IMG/VR virus record: IMGVR_UViG_3300046832_001626
Direction: 5' to 3' (one strand)
DNA: 64,000 bases
From: an uncultured virus (IMG/VR IMGVR_UViG_3300046832_001626)
Taxonomy: Duplodnaviria > Heunggongvirae > Uroviricota > Caudoviricetes
The notes below the pieces were generated by a model. It searched no databases and was not told where the DNA came from. It saw nothing but the letters and a program-made list of their open reading frames with translations. Below are positions 8,699 through 16,661 of this stretch, piece after piece (within the stretch, counting starts at the first letter, position 1; every line of letters starts with the position of its first letter). The translations under genes and the position numbers were made by a program.

Positions 8699-8846
8699 TG
8701 AATATGAATTAAGTGTGATCATCGAATGCTTACAGCGTGATGGTCGATGGGAATTGCGCGATCGCCTTCTTCTTGTTTCTGAATTGATGAAAGACGGTAA
8801 GCCATACAAGAAGATTCTCCGCGAAGAATACGGCATCGTCGCCTAA
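8682..8846 (+). CDS. Small hypothetical protein
   Basis: GAGGA RBS 8 nt before ATG at 8682; MDLPINEYEL...EEYGIVA. Confidence 0.6.
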   Translation: MDLPINEYELSVIIECLQRDGRWELRDRLLLVSELMKDGKPYKKILREEYGIVA

Positions 8847-8882
8847 TAGTCCAAATAAATCGTTTCGATCGTATTAAATTAT
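8846..8882 (+). promoter_or_regulatory. OxyR-like binding site upstream of ahpC
   Basis: ATAG-N7-AAAT-N7-ATCG-N7-TTAT, 12/16 identical to ATAG-N7-CTAT-N7-ATAG-N7-CTAT, followed by TTGCAT. Confidence 0.6.
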
Positions 8883-8969
8883 CGCTTGCATCGCGATTTT
8901 ACGTCGCGCCATGCATATATACGCTTGTGTATAGGTTTCGTATAGGTTTTAGTTCTACAGGAGTTTACC

Positions 8970-9542
8970 ATGAAGACAGTTGGAGATAAGTTAGAACAAT
9001 TTGTTATCACTGGCGTGAAGCCAGGTGCTCTCACACCTGACAATGCCTTTCAAAAGATTACAGAAAAATGTTTTGAAGGTAAGTGGAAGGTCATCGTTTA
9101 CTATCCAAAAGATTTTACTTTTGTTTGCCCAACAGAAATTGTGGCATACGATAAATTGAACAAGGACTTTGCGGACCGTGACGCAGTTCTTCTCATTGGC
9201 TCTACAGACAATGAATTCTGCAAACTCGCATGGAAGAATGCGCATGAAGGTCTCAAAGCAACTACCTCTTGGTTCTTTGCTGACACTGCACGCAGTGATG
9301 AGTGGCATGATGAGGAACAAGGTCTTGTTCAACAACTTGGTGTTTTCTACAAGCCAGCAGGTGCTGCACTTCGTGCAACATTTATTGTTGACCCAGAAAA
9401 TGTCATTCAGCATGTTACTGTGAATAATCTAAATGTCGGTCGTAACGCTGATGAGACACTTCGTGTTCTTGATGCGCTACAGACAGGTGAACTTTGCCAG
9501 TGCAATCGTCAGGTTGGCGAAAGCACTTTGAACGCTGCTTAA
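8970..9542 (+). CDS. ahpC: Peroxiredoxin (AhpC)
   Basis: 'YPKDFTFVCPTEI', 'ALRATFIVDP', 'VGRN', 'LQTGELC'. Confidence 0.95.
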   Translation: MKTVGDKLEQFVITGVKPGALTPDNAFQKITEKCFEGKWKVIVYYPKDFTFVCPTEIVAYDKLNKDFADRDAVLLIGSTDNEFCKLAWKNAHEGLKATTSWFFADTARSDEWHDEEQGLVQQLGVFYKPAGAALRATFIVDPENVIQHVTVNNLNVGRNADETLRVLDALQTGELCQCNRQVGESTLNAA

Positions 9543-9662
9543 TATCATGAAGGCTCTGCGATTTTTAAAGGAATGGGGGATTGTGTTAATTCCGTTGATT
9601 TGTTTCGGAGCATTTTGGTTGTTAATTACTTTTACAAATATACTTTACTAAAGGAAATCAAA

Positions 9663-9911
9663 ATGAAGAAATTTATCTTAGCACTCGCTCTCGTTTCTAC
9701 ACCAGTCATGGCGCAGGATCGCGTAGCACAATATGACTTTGACAAGGATGGCAAAGTTTCATTTGAAGACATCAATCGTTATTGTTCTGTATCAGCAAGT
9801 TTCTTTGCTCGCGCTGACAAGAACAGTGATGGCTTTTTGAGCAATTCAGAAATGCGCACAGCAAAGGGATATCTCTTCAGCCGCTGTGAAGCAGAAAAGC
9901 AGAATGCCTAA
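9663..9911 (+). CDS. Exported EF-hand protein
   Basis: Signal peptide MKKFILALALVSTPVMA and two EF loops, DFDKDGKVSFED and DKNSDGFLSNSE. Confidence 0.8.
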   Translation: MKKFILALALVSTPVMAQDRVAQYDFDKDGKVSFEDINRYCSVSASFFARADKNSDGFLSNSEMRTAKGYLFSRCEAEKQNA

Positions 9912-9964
9912 AAGTTCTTGCTGGCTAAATAATACTACCTTTTTTAAAAGATTAGGAGTATAAT

Positions 9965-10123
9965 ATGGAAGACGTGAAACAAATTAAATGTGGCTGTGGA
10001 CGTAGTCCAACTGGTTACTGCATTGGCTTGCATGCAATGACAAATGAACAATACAAGGCTCATTTGGAACAACAGCAAAAGCAACTCAACGAACAGACAA
10101 AGCCACAATTCTTGATTGATTAA
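9965..10123 (+). CDS. 52-aa CDGSH-like Fe-S/Zn finger mini-protein (not in the ORF track)
   Basis: GGAG RBS; MEDVKQIKCGCGRSPTGYCIGLHAMTNEQYKAHLEQQQKQLNEQTKPQFLID. Confidence 0.7.
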   Translation: MEDVKQIKCGCGRSPTGYCIGLHAMTNEQYKAHLEQQQKQLNEQTKPQFLID

Positions 10124-10415
10124 TGGTAGTGAACCTCTGACTAAAGGTGTTCTGGACTCGGGTTCGACCCCCGACATCTCCACCAAATGCCCATCACCTC
10201 TTCAGCAATGTACGTGGTGGCTATCTTATGGGGATGAATTTGGCTTCGACAGGGCAAGTAATAAACCAAAGGCTACCAGTGAGGCGACTGACTTAATCAG
10301 CGCAAACAAAGTAAACGCAAATGACGATTACTACGAAATGGCTCTAGCTGCTTAATTGCAGTCATAGATTACCTGAGTTTTCGGTGGGTTTTCTTGGAAA
10401 CAGAATAAACGCACC
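10124..10415 (+). ncRNA. ssrA: Circularly permuted (two-piece) tmRNA
   Basis: The acceptor piece (T-arm TCGGG-TTCGACC-CCCGA and CATCTCCACCA ending at 10185) precedes the coding piece starting GGGGATG at 10230. The acceptor stem has G3:U. The tag ORF at 10317-10355 encodes ANDDYYEMALAA*. Outer boundaries are approximate. Confidence 0.92.
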
Positions 10416-10453
10416 ATTTGTCATAACACACACAACACACAAAGGAGATGAAA

Positions 10454-10693
10454 ATGACTATGACACCTTATGAAATTAGACTAGAGTTGGTAAAACTCGC
10501 AAAAGATATGCTGAGCGAAGAGTTTAATACTCGACACTCAACCATTAAAAGCGAATGGGAAGTATTGTGCTCCGCAGCAATGGGAAACAAAACACAACTT
10601 CCATCTCAACCAAATTATCCGAAGTATTTTACTGAGGATGATGTTTTGGATAAAGCCACACGTTTGAATGATTTTATTTCAAACGGCAAGTAA
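10454..10693 (+). CDS. Conserved T4-like phage hypothetical protein
   Basis: AGGAG RBS; 'TPYEIRLELVKLAKDML...YFTEDDVLDKATRLNDFIS'. Confidence 0.75.
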   Translation: MTMTPYEIRLELVKLAKDMLSEEFNTRHSTIKSEWEVLCSAAMGNKTQLPSQPNYPKYFTEDDVLDKATRLNDFISNGK

Positions 10694-10730
10694 CGGCTAA
10701 GAGTTGACCGCTCGGTAACAGAAAGGTCTG

Positions 10731-10762
10731 GGTTGGTGGTGCGAACCACCAACCTTTTCTTT
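10731..10762 (+). terminator. Rho-independent terminator
   Basis: GGTTGGTGGT-GCGA-ACCACCAACC-TTTTCTTT. Confidence 0.85.
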
Positions 10763-10788
10763 CCACTGCAATAATGGAGACTTTAAAC

Positions 10789-11415
10789 ATGAATGCAGTA
10801 GATATACTCTGTAATGTAGAAAAATATTTTGATCGCAACCACAATTTCTTTATGCTCTGGGGTGGCTTATTTGCTGCCGTGTTCTTTGGGTTGTTCGTGC
10901 CATTCGAAATCTACGATCGAACAATGCAACAATTAGAACTAGAGCGTGAAGCAAATGTTCTTCTCACTTCACAAATGAAAGAAATGAATCACCGCATGGA
11001 GTTTCTTGAACGCTCATATGACAAAAAACAAAAGGTGATGCGTGAAGTCGAATGTCTTGCCAAGAACATCTATTTCGAAGCAGGGTCAGAACCACGTGCT
11101 GGTAAAATTGCAGTGGCTGAAGTCACGATGAATCGTGTCAAGAGCAAACAGTTTCCTCGTTCAGTTTGTGGTGTAGTTTATCAAAAAGTCAGAGGAACTT
11201 GCCAATTCTCTTGGGTATGTCAAGACAAGAAAGCAATTCGTAGTCGCTCCGCATGGACAGAGTCTTTGCAAATTGCAGAGAATATATTGATTTCTAAGAA
11301 GAGATACGGTATAATTGGTCCTGCAATGTACTTCCATGCTGACTATGTTAACCCAGCATGGGCTGAAGAAAAGCGACTTATTGCAAAGATTGGAGCACAT
11401 ATCTTTTATCATTGA
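10789..11415 (+). CDS. Membrane-anchored SleB-like cell wall hydrolase (Hydrolase_2)
   Basis: TM segment and coiled coil, then 'CLAKNIYFEAGSEP..GKIAVAEVTMNRV', 'CQFSW', 'IGAHIFY'. Confidence 0.9.
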   Translation: MNAVDILCNVEKYFDRNHNFFMLWGGLFAAVFFGLFVPFEIYDRTMQQLELEREANVLLTSQMKEMNHRMEFLERSYDKKQKVMREVECLAKNIYFEAGSEPRAGKIAVAEVTMNRVKSKQFPRSVCGVVYQKVRGTCQFSWVCQDKKAIRSRSAWTESLQIAENILISKKRYGIIGPAMYFHADYVNPAWAEEKRLIAKIGAHIFYH

Positions 11416-11421
11416 GGTTTT

Positions 11422-12444
11422 ATGCGTATCATTGAAGATGTGAAGTTAGATTATAAAGATGTTTTGATTGTTCCTAAAAGATCTACAATAGAATCTCGTA
11501 GCCAAGTAAAGTTAGAAAGAACTTTTACTTTCCGAAGTGGCAATTCATGGTATGGTGTTCCAATCATGGCGGCTAACATGGATGGTGTTGGTGCGTTCGG
11601 AATGGACGATGAACTAAACAAACATCGTTGCATGGTTGCTCTCACAAAACATTATAAAGACGTTGAGTTAATTAACCATTTCCAGAAGAAACTGAATAGT
11701 ACAATCTACTCTCTTGGTATCAGTGATAAAGATGTTGAAAAGTTTAGTAACGTTTTCAGCATTGTTGGACAGCCACACATGCGCGTCTGTATTGATGTTG
11801 CGAATGGTTACACACAACAGTTTGTAGAATTTGTAAAACGATTTCGCGAACGTTATCCTTACATTGTGCTCATGGCGGGTAATGTTGTCACACCAGAGAT
11901 GACTGAAGAATTAATTCTAGCAGGTGTAGACGTTGTGAAAGTTGGTATTGGTCCTGGTTCTGTCTGTACGACAAGAAAGAAAACAGGTATCGGCTACCCG
12001 CAGTTGAGTGCGGTTATTGAATGTGCAGATGCTGCTCATGGTCTCAAGGGTCATATTATAGCGGACGGAGGGTGTACCGTTCCTGGAGACGTGGTGAAAG
12101 CATTTGCTGCGGGAGCCGACTTTGTGATGCTTGGTGGAATGCTTGCTGGACACAAAGAAGGTGGAGCATCTCCTTTTGGTGATAACAAGTTCTATGGCAT
12201 GAGTTCTGATACTGCCATGGATTTACATAATGGTGGTGTGGCAAACTATCGAGCCAGTGAAGGCAAGACAGTTGAGATTCCATATCGTGGTGAGGTGAGT
12301 AGAACACTGCAGGATATTCTTGGTGGTCTGCGTTCGGCATGTACTTATGTTGGAGCAAGTGAGTTGAAGGAGTTGAGTAAGCGTGCAACATTTGTTCGCG
12401 TCACTCAGCAACTGAATAATTCCTTGAGTGCATATGAGATCTAA
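11422..12444 (+). CDS. guaC: GMP reductase
   Basis: '[14 protein letters not shown]', '[13 protein letters not shown]', '[17 protein letters not shown]', 'YRASEGK'. Confidence 0.95.
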   Translation: MRIIEDVKLDYKDVLIVPKRSTIESRSQVKLERTFTFRSGNSWYGVPIMAANMDGVGAFGMDDELNKHRCMVALTKHYKDVELINHFQKKLNSTIYSLGISDKDVEKFSNVFSIVGQPHMRVCIDVANGYTQQFVEFVKRFRERYPYIVLMAGNVVTPEMTEELILAGVDVVKVGIGPGSVCTTRKKTGIGYPQLSAVIECADAAHGLKGHIIADGGCTVPGDVVKAFAAGADFVMLGGMLAGHKEGGASPFGDNKFYGMSSDTAMDLHNGGVANYRASEGKTVEIPYRGEVSRTLQDILGGLRSACTYVGASELKELSKRATFVRVTQQLNNSLSAYEI

Positions 12445-12445
12445 T

Positions 12446-12667
12446 ATGGCTAATAGAGAAGAAAAGAATAATTTCTCAATGATGATCATGGAAATGGCAA
12501 TCAAAGAGAAAATTGATCACATGGATGCAGTGACAACTTATTGCGAACGAAATAATTTAGAGATTGAAGTTGCTGCAACTCTGATCAATGATTCTCTAAA
12601 GAGTATCATTCAGGGTGAAGCAATGGATTTGAGATATCTTCCAAAGGGTAGCAAACTTCCGATATGA
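12446..12667 (+). CDS. gp33: Late transcription co-activator
   Basis: 'DHMDAVTTYCERNNLEIEVAATLIN..LK..IQGEA..LRYL'; gp33-gp59-gp32 synteny. Confidence 0.85.
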   Translation: MANREEKNNFSMMIMEMAIKEKIDHMDAVTTYCERNNLEIEVAATLINDSLKSIIQGEAMDLRYLPKGSKLPI

Positions 12668-13269
12668 ATGGGTACGATTTGTATTGCACCTACCAAGCCA
12701 TCAAGTTGCATTTCAATTCAGAAAATTATAATTTCTTTCACTACGATGGCAAGACACGAGTATCTGTAGATGCATTTCAAAAACGTCGTGACAAATTTCT
12801 ATTCCACCGTCTTGCGAGGAAGTATCGCGACGATGAGATGGTTCCATTTTTGGTTGCTAATTTTGTACACAGTGACGATAATTGGACCAAGTCTCTACTT
12901 GAGGAAGAAGCTGAATCTACCTACAGAGAATGGAAACGAAAGACGGATTCCATGAGCAAGATCTACGTTGAGGATCTTGAGAAGATTGCAAGCAAAGACA
13001 ATTTCAACGAACTATTTAAAGTCGAAGATGGGCAGTTCCCTAAATTGCTAACTGCTTTTCTTCAGAATGATGTTACTATTGAAACAATGGTAATCTTGAA
13101 TAACATCTTCGACTTTATTCGAATTTGGGACAAGAAGATTTCTGATGACATCATCTATCCCAAAGTATCAAGAAAGATTCGCAAATACGGATCATTCTTG
13201 AATGTGAATGTTGACAAGTACAAGGCTCTCACAAAAGAAACTTTACTTGGAGACAGAAATGCTATATAA
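12664..13269 (+). CDS. gp59: Helicase loader
   Basis: 'Y..YQAIKLHF...YNFFHYDGK...FQKRRDKFLFHRLARKY'. Confidence 0.9.
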   Translation: MNGYDLYCTYQAIKLHFNSENYNFFHYDGKTRVSVDAFQKRRDKFLFHRLARKYRDDEMVPFLVANFVHSDDNWTKSLLEEEAESTYREWKRKTDSMSKIYVEDLEKIASKDNFNELFKVEDGQFPKLLTAFLQNDVTIETMVILNNIFDFIRIWDKKISDDIIYPKVSRKIRKYGSFLNVNVDKYKALTKETLLGDRNAI

Positions 13270-13270
13270 T
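13242..13270 (+). promoter_or_regulatory. Early/sigma70 promoter for gp32
   Basis: TTTACT-17 bp-TATAAT. Confidence 0.7.
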
Positions 13271-13337
13271 GATATGGTAATGAAGAAAGTGGACAAGTCG
13301 ATATACAATTCATACAACGCTATACGGAGTTATACAA

Positions 13338-14234
13338 ATGAGTCTATCTAATCTTAAGAAGGGTTCCTCCCTTGATAAATTGAAGAAAGCAGTCGAAGCC
13401 TCTTCATCCACTGGTGGTGGTAAATCAAATGCTGATGATCGTTTCTGGCAACCAGAGGTTGATGCCGCTGGTAACGGATACGCTGTCATTCGTTTTCTTG
13501 ATACACCAGCAGTAGACGGTGAAGATGGTTTGCCTTGGGTGCAGATTTGGTCGCACGGTTTCCAAGGTCCAGGTGGTTGGTACATTGAGAATTCTCTCAC
13601 AACACTTGGCAAGACTGACCCTGTTTCTGAGTACAACACAGTTCTTTGGAATTCTGGCATTGAAGCCAACAAGGAAATTGCTCGTAAGCAGAAGCGTAAG
13701 TTGACCTACATCGCAAACATCCTTGTTGTTTCTGACGCAAAGCGTCCGCAGAATGAGGGCAAGGTTTTCTTGTTCAAGTTCGGCAAAAAGATCTTTGATA
13801 AGATCAAGGAACAACTTGAGCCACAGTTTGCTGATGAGACCCCAATGAATCCGTTTGATTTCTGGAAGGGTGCAAACTTCAAGGTCAAGATTCGCAACGT
13901 CGAAGGCTATCGCAACTATGACAAGTCGGAGTTTGAGGCTCCTGCTCCATTGTTGAGTGGTGATGATGCGAAGATTGAGCAGGTCTGGAAGTCTGCCCAT
14001 TCACTCAAGGATTTCTTGAAGCCTGATAACTTCAAGTCCTATGATGAACTCAAGGCTAAATTGGACAAGGTTCTTGGTGCTGGTGGAGTTGCTGGTGCAA
14101 CTGCCAAACGAGTTGATGATGAGGAAGCAGCCGCTCCTGTCATTCGCTCTGCTCCTGCCAAGAAGGTCACTGCTGAAGATGTCACTGTCGAAGATGATGA
14201 CATGGCATTCTTCGAGAAACTTGCTGCTGAGTAA
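13338..14234 (+). CDS. gp32: Single-stranded DNA-binding protein
   Basis: 'DDRFWQP...GNGYAVIRFL', 'HGFQGPGGWYIENSLTTLG', 'GANFKVKI', acidic C-terminus. Confidence 0.97.
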   Translation: MSLSNLKKGSSLDKLKKAVEASSSTGGGKSNADDRFWQPEVDAAGNGYAVIRFLDTPAVDGEDGLPWVQIWSHGFQGPGGWYIENSLTTLGKTDPVSEYNTVLWNSGIEANKEIARKQKRKLTYIANILVVSDAKRPQNEGKVFLFKFGKKIFDKIKEQLEPQFADETPMNPFDFWKGANFKVKIRNVEGYRNYDKSEFEAPAPLLSGDDAKIEQVWKSAHSLKDFLKPDNFKSYDELKAKLDKVLGAGGVAGATAKRVDDEEAAAPVIRSAPAKKVTAEDVTVEDDDMAFFEKLAAE

Positions 14235-14261
14235 TTTTCTTTAGAAAACCGTAGATGTTTT

Positions 14262-14290
14262 CAGGGGGACGTAAAGTCCCCCTTTTTTTT
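14262..14290. terminator. Terminator between convergent operons
   Basis: AGGGGGAC-GTAAA-GTCCCCCT followed by a T run. Confidence 0.85.
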
Positions 14291-15716
14291 ATGGACCGCC
14301 GCCGTAATTATATTTTGGATGTTGAGCATCATACGATGACAATCTGGAGAATGTGTTGTCATCTGTGAATACTCTTTGCGTCTTAGATTGATTGTTATTC
14401 ATTGGTGCGGTTGTGTTGTTATTGATCACCACAGGCTGTTGCTGTTGTTGCGCAATATTTTCTATAGATTTATTCATTGCATTTGAAAAATCTTGTAATC
14501 TTTCTTTCTCTGCTTGTCCCTGAAGAATTTTATTGGTGTTCTGCATCAATCCACTAGTTGTAACATCTTGAGTTTTTGGAAGCGAAAATCGACCAATGGC
14601 ACTTAATCCCTTTGCCTTAACTTCCTCTTCTTTGTCTTTCATAAGTGATGAAACTTGTTTGAATGATCCTGGAGCATAAAACTCACTATAGAGCCGTTTA
14701 AAAACTTCCCACGGATTATTTGGATTATAATCATCTTCTTCATCAACAGGGGTATTCGCGCGTGGTGTCACATCTGGTTGATCGCCAGCGCCACCTTCTG
14801 ATACATTTGTATCACCACCACCTTCATCTGATTGATCATCTTCGCGATTACGAGTCCCGCCAACCACCACTTCATCTAACTGATCTTTTTCACCACCACG
14901 AGTTCCACTAACTACAACTTCATCTAGTTGCTCATCATTTTCTGGTGTTACTTTTTTGTATGATAAGTTTAGTTCAGAAAGTTTATAATTCTCTGGTACA
15001 TCGTCTTGCTTTTGATCAAAGAGTTTACCAACAATATCTTGAAACTCATTTGGATCTGGTTGAGTGTCAGATGTTGGTACTGGTTCCAACTGAGAGGGAT
15101 CAAATTCGTTGGGTTGTTCTGTTCCAGTAAAATTACCATTTTGTGCATCCATTATTGCACGCAGAGCATCTGGAATCGAATCGCTAAATGCCGAATTTCT
15201 AGTAAAATCGCTGATTCCATCAAGTGCTGCAGCAGAAGCTGTCATAGTAGGATCAAGAGTAAGTTCTGGAGATCGTGATGAATATAATCTTGCCCCTTCT
15301 AAATCCATCTGTTGTGATGGTGCATTATAATTGTTTTTTCTTTCTTCTACGACCATATCATTTAGAAATTCTAATGCACTATCACCGCTCATTTTTGTTG
15401 TCTCAGTAGAATCAGCTGCTCGAGAATATGATGAAGTTGCGTCTGCAGACCCCTGTTCGCCAATTTTACTGTTAAATGCATTACTAATATTGATTCCTAT
15501 GTTTTTTGTATCTGTTGTCATCACTTTCTTAATCATTTCCTGCACATCATCTGGAGAATTAAATGTTTCAGTAACTCTGGATGCTGCCGTAGCTCTAGTT
15601 CCACCACCATAACGTTGAGCAAAACCATTGCGCAATTCTTCTCCACGCATTTGGAAATCAGTTAAACTACCTAATCCATCTATAGGAATTCTAAAATTAA
15701 AATTTGGTGATAACAT
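14289..15716 (-). CDS. gp29-position tape-measure/hub-like protein with 2 TonB-box-like motifs
   Basis: Directly downstream of gp26/gp51. Acidic and low-complexity, with C-terminal 'QQQQPVVINNNTTAP'. Contains LDEVVVSGTR and LDEVVVGGTR. Confidence 0.55.
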   Translation of the reverse strand: MLSPNFNFRIPIDGLGSLTDFQMRGEELRNGFAQRYGGGTRATAASRVTETFNSPDDVQEMIKKVMTTDTKNIGINISNAFNSKIGEQGSADATSSYSRAADSTETTKMSGDSALEFLNDMVVEERKNNYNAPSQQMDLEGARLYSSRSPELTLDPTMTASAAALDGISDFTRNSAFSDSIPDALRAIMDAQNGNFTGTEQPNEFDPSQLEPVPTSDTQPDPNEFQDIVGKLFDQKQDDVPENYKLSELNLSYKKVTPENDEQLDEVVVSGTRGGEKDQLDEVVVGGTRNREDDQSDEGGGDTNVSEGGAGDQPDVTPRANTPVDEEDDYNPNNPWEVFKRLYSEFYAPGSFKQVSSLMKDKEEEVKAKGLSAIGRFSLPKTQDVTTSGLMQNTNKILQGQAEKERLQDFSNAMNKSIENIAQQQQQPVVINNNTTAPMNNNQSKTQRVFTDDNTFSRLSSYDAQHPKYNYGGGP

Positions 15717-15871
15717 TAAGTTCTCTTATTGTGTCTTTCTCTCAATCGATCGTTTTCTTCTTGTACATGTTGCGCCACTAGTGTAACATACATTGTTCGT
15801 TCCCACGGAAGCATTTGCTCAAGTTCCGTTAGGCTATATCCATGATGTTGCATCAATGCAAAATTAGTCAT
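15716..15871 (-). CDS. gp51: Baseplate hub assembly protein gp51-like (not in the ORF track); possibly made as a gp26-gp51 frameshift fusion
   Basis: (ENLKTYF)MTNFALMQHHGYSLTELEQMLPWERTMYVTLVAQHVQEEN... Confidence 0.8.
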   Translation of the reverse strand: MTNFALMQHHGYSLTELEQMLPWERTMYVTLVAQHVQEENDRLRERHNKRT

Positions 15872-15903
15872 GAAGTATGTTTTCAAATTCTCATCACGAA
15901 GGC

Positions 15904-16626
15904 TTATACGAAAAAATCGAGGAGACCCTCCAGCCTGATAGTATGGTTCTTACCACATTTACCACAGACTAATACTGATTTATGTCTCAACACTGGCATG
16001 TCAGAGAAAAACTTCTTAATTTTCTTAAACTGTTCAGTTGTTAGATTATTAACAAATTCCTCAAACTCACCCTCTTGCATATCGCTCAATTTATATACTT
16101 GGCTTTCATCATAAAGATATTCAGTGCATTCCTTTAGAATTTCAATTGGTGCATCTTTACTATTAAATTTATCAATCAATGATCTTGACATACTCATTGT
16201 CGGATACATTATCTTAATTCCAACATCATTCGTTAATTGAATCATGTTGTCAACTGGTTTATGATCCAATGCGACTTTCAATAAGTCGACTTCCATCTTC
16301 ATCTTTGTTTTACAAACCTTGTTTTCCTCTGACACATTTTCGCAAATATATTCTAAAGAAACGACTTCACCAATTGATCGAGCGCGAAGATTTAAAAATA
16401 AAAATTCAATCTCAAACAATGGTAATTTATCTACATCAATTTCATCTAGAACGCAATTTCGAATAATTTGTTTAATTGCTTCAATGCTTGTATCGTAATC
16501 AAGTGACTCTAGAGCCATTAGGAGAATCTTTTCTTCTTTTACCACAAATGGTCTAAAGACAACATCTTTCCCTAACGATTCAAGCCTCACTTTATAAGTC
16601 GGTAAATCAATTTTTGGTATAGCCAT
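15904..16626 (-). CDS. gp26: Baseplate hub assembly chaperone
   Basis: 'MAIPKIDLPTY...FRPFVVKEEKILLMA', 'EFLFLNLRARSIGE', 'CGKCG...LEGLLDFF'. Confidence 0.92.
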   Translation of the reverse strand: MAIPKIDLPTYKVRLESLGKDVVFRPFVVKEEKILLMALESLDYDTSIEAIKQIIRNCVLDEIDVDKLPLFEIEFLFLNLRARSIGEVVSLEYICENVSEENKVCKTKMKMEVDLLKVALDHKPVDNMIQLTNDVGIKIMYPTMSMSRSLIDKFNSKDAPIEILKECTEYLYDESQVYKLSDMQEGEFEEFVNNLTTEQFKKIKKFFSDMPVLRHKSVLVCGKCGKNHTIRLEGLLDFFV

Positions 16627-16661
16627 AATTTACTCCATTAAGAATTAAAATCCTCCGATTT

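Noticed and set aside
10151..10185. Stand-alone tRNA or tRNA fragment/attachment site (T-arm plus CCA)
   Set aside because: There is no upstream acceptor 5' strand or anticodon arm. It pairs with the downstream GGGGATG, so it is the acceptor piece of a permuted tmRNA.
9944..10355. ORF-track proteins 9944-10186 (-) and 10116-10355 (+)
   Set aside because: They are shadows of the tmRNA and the CDGSH-like gene. Only the tag at the end of the plus-strand ORF is meaningful.
10694..10730. Possible riboswitch or structured RNA before the terminator
   Set aside because: Too short, and I could not support any aptamer consensus by eye.
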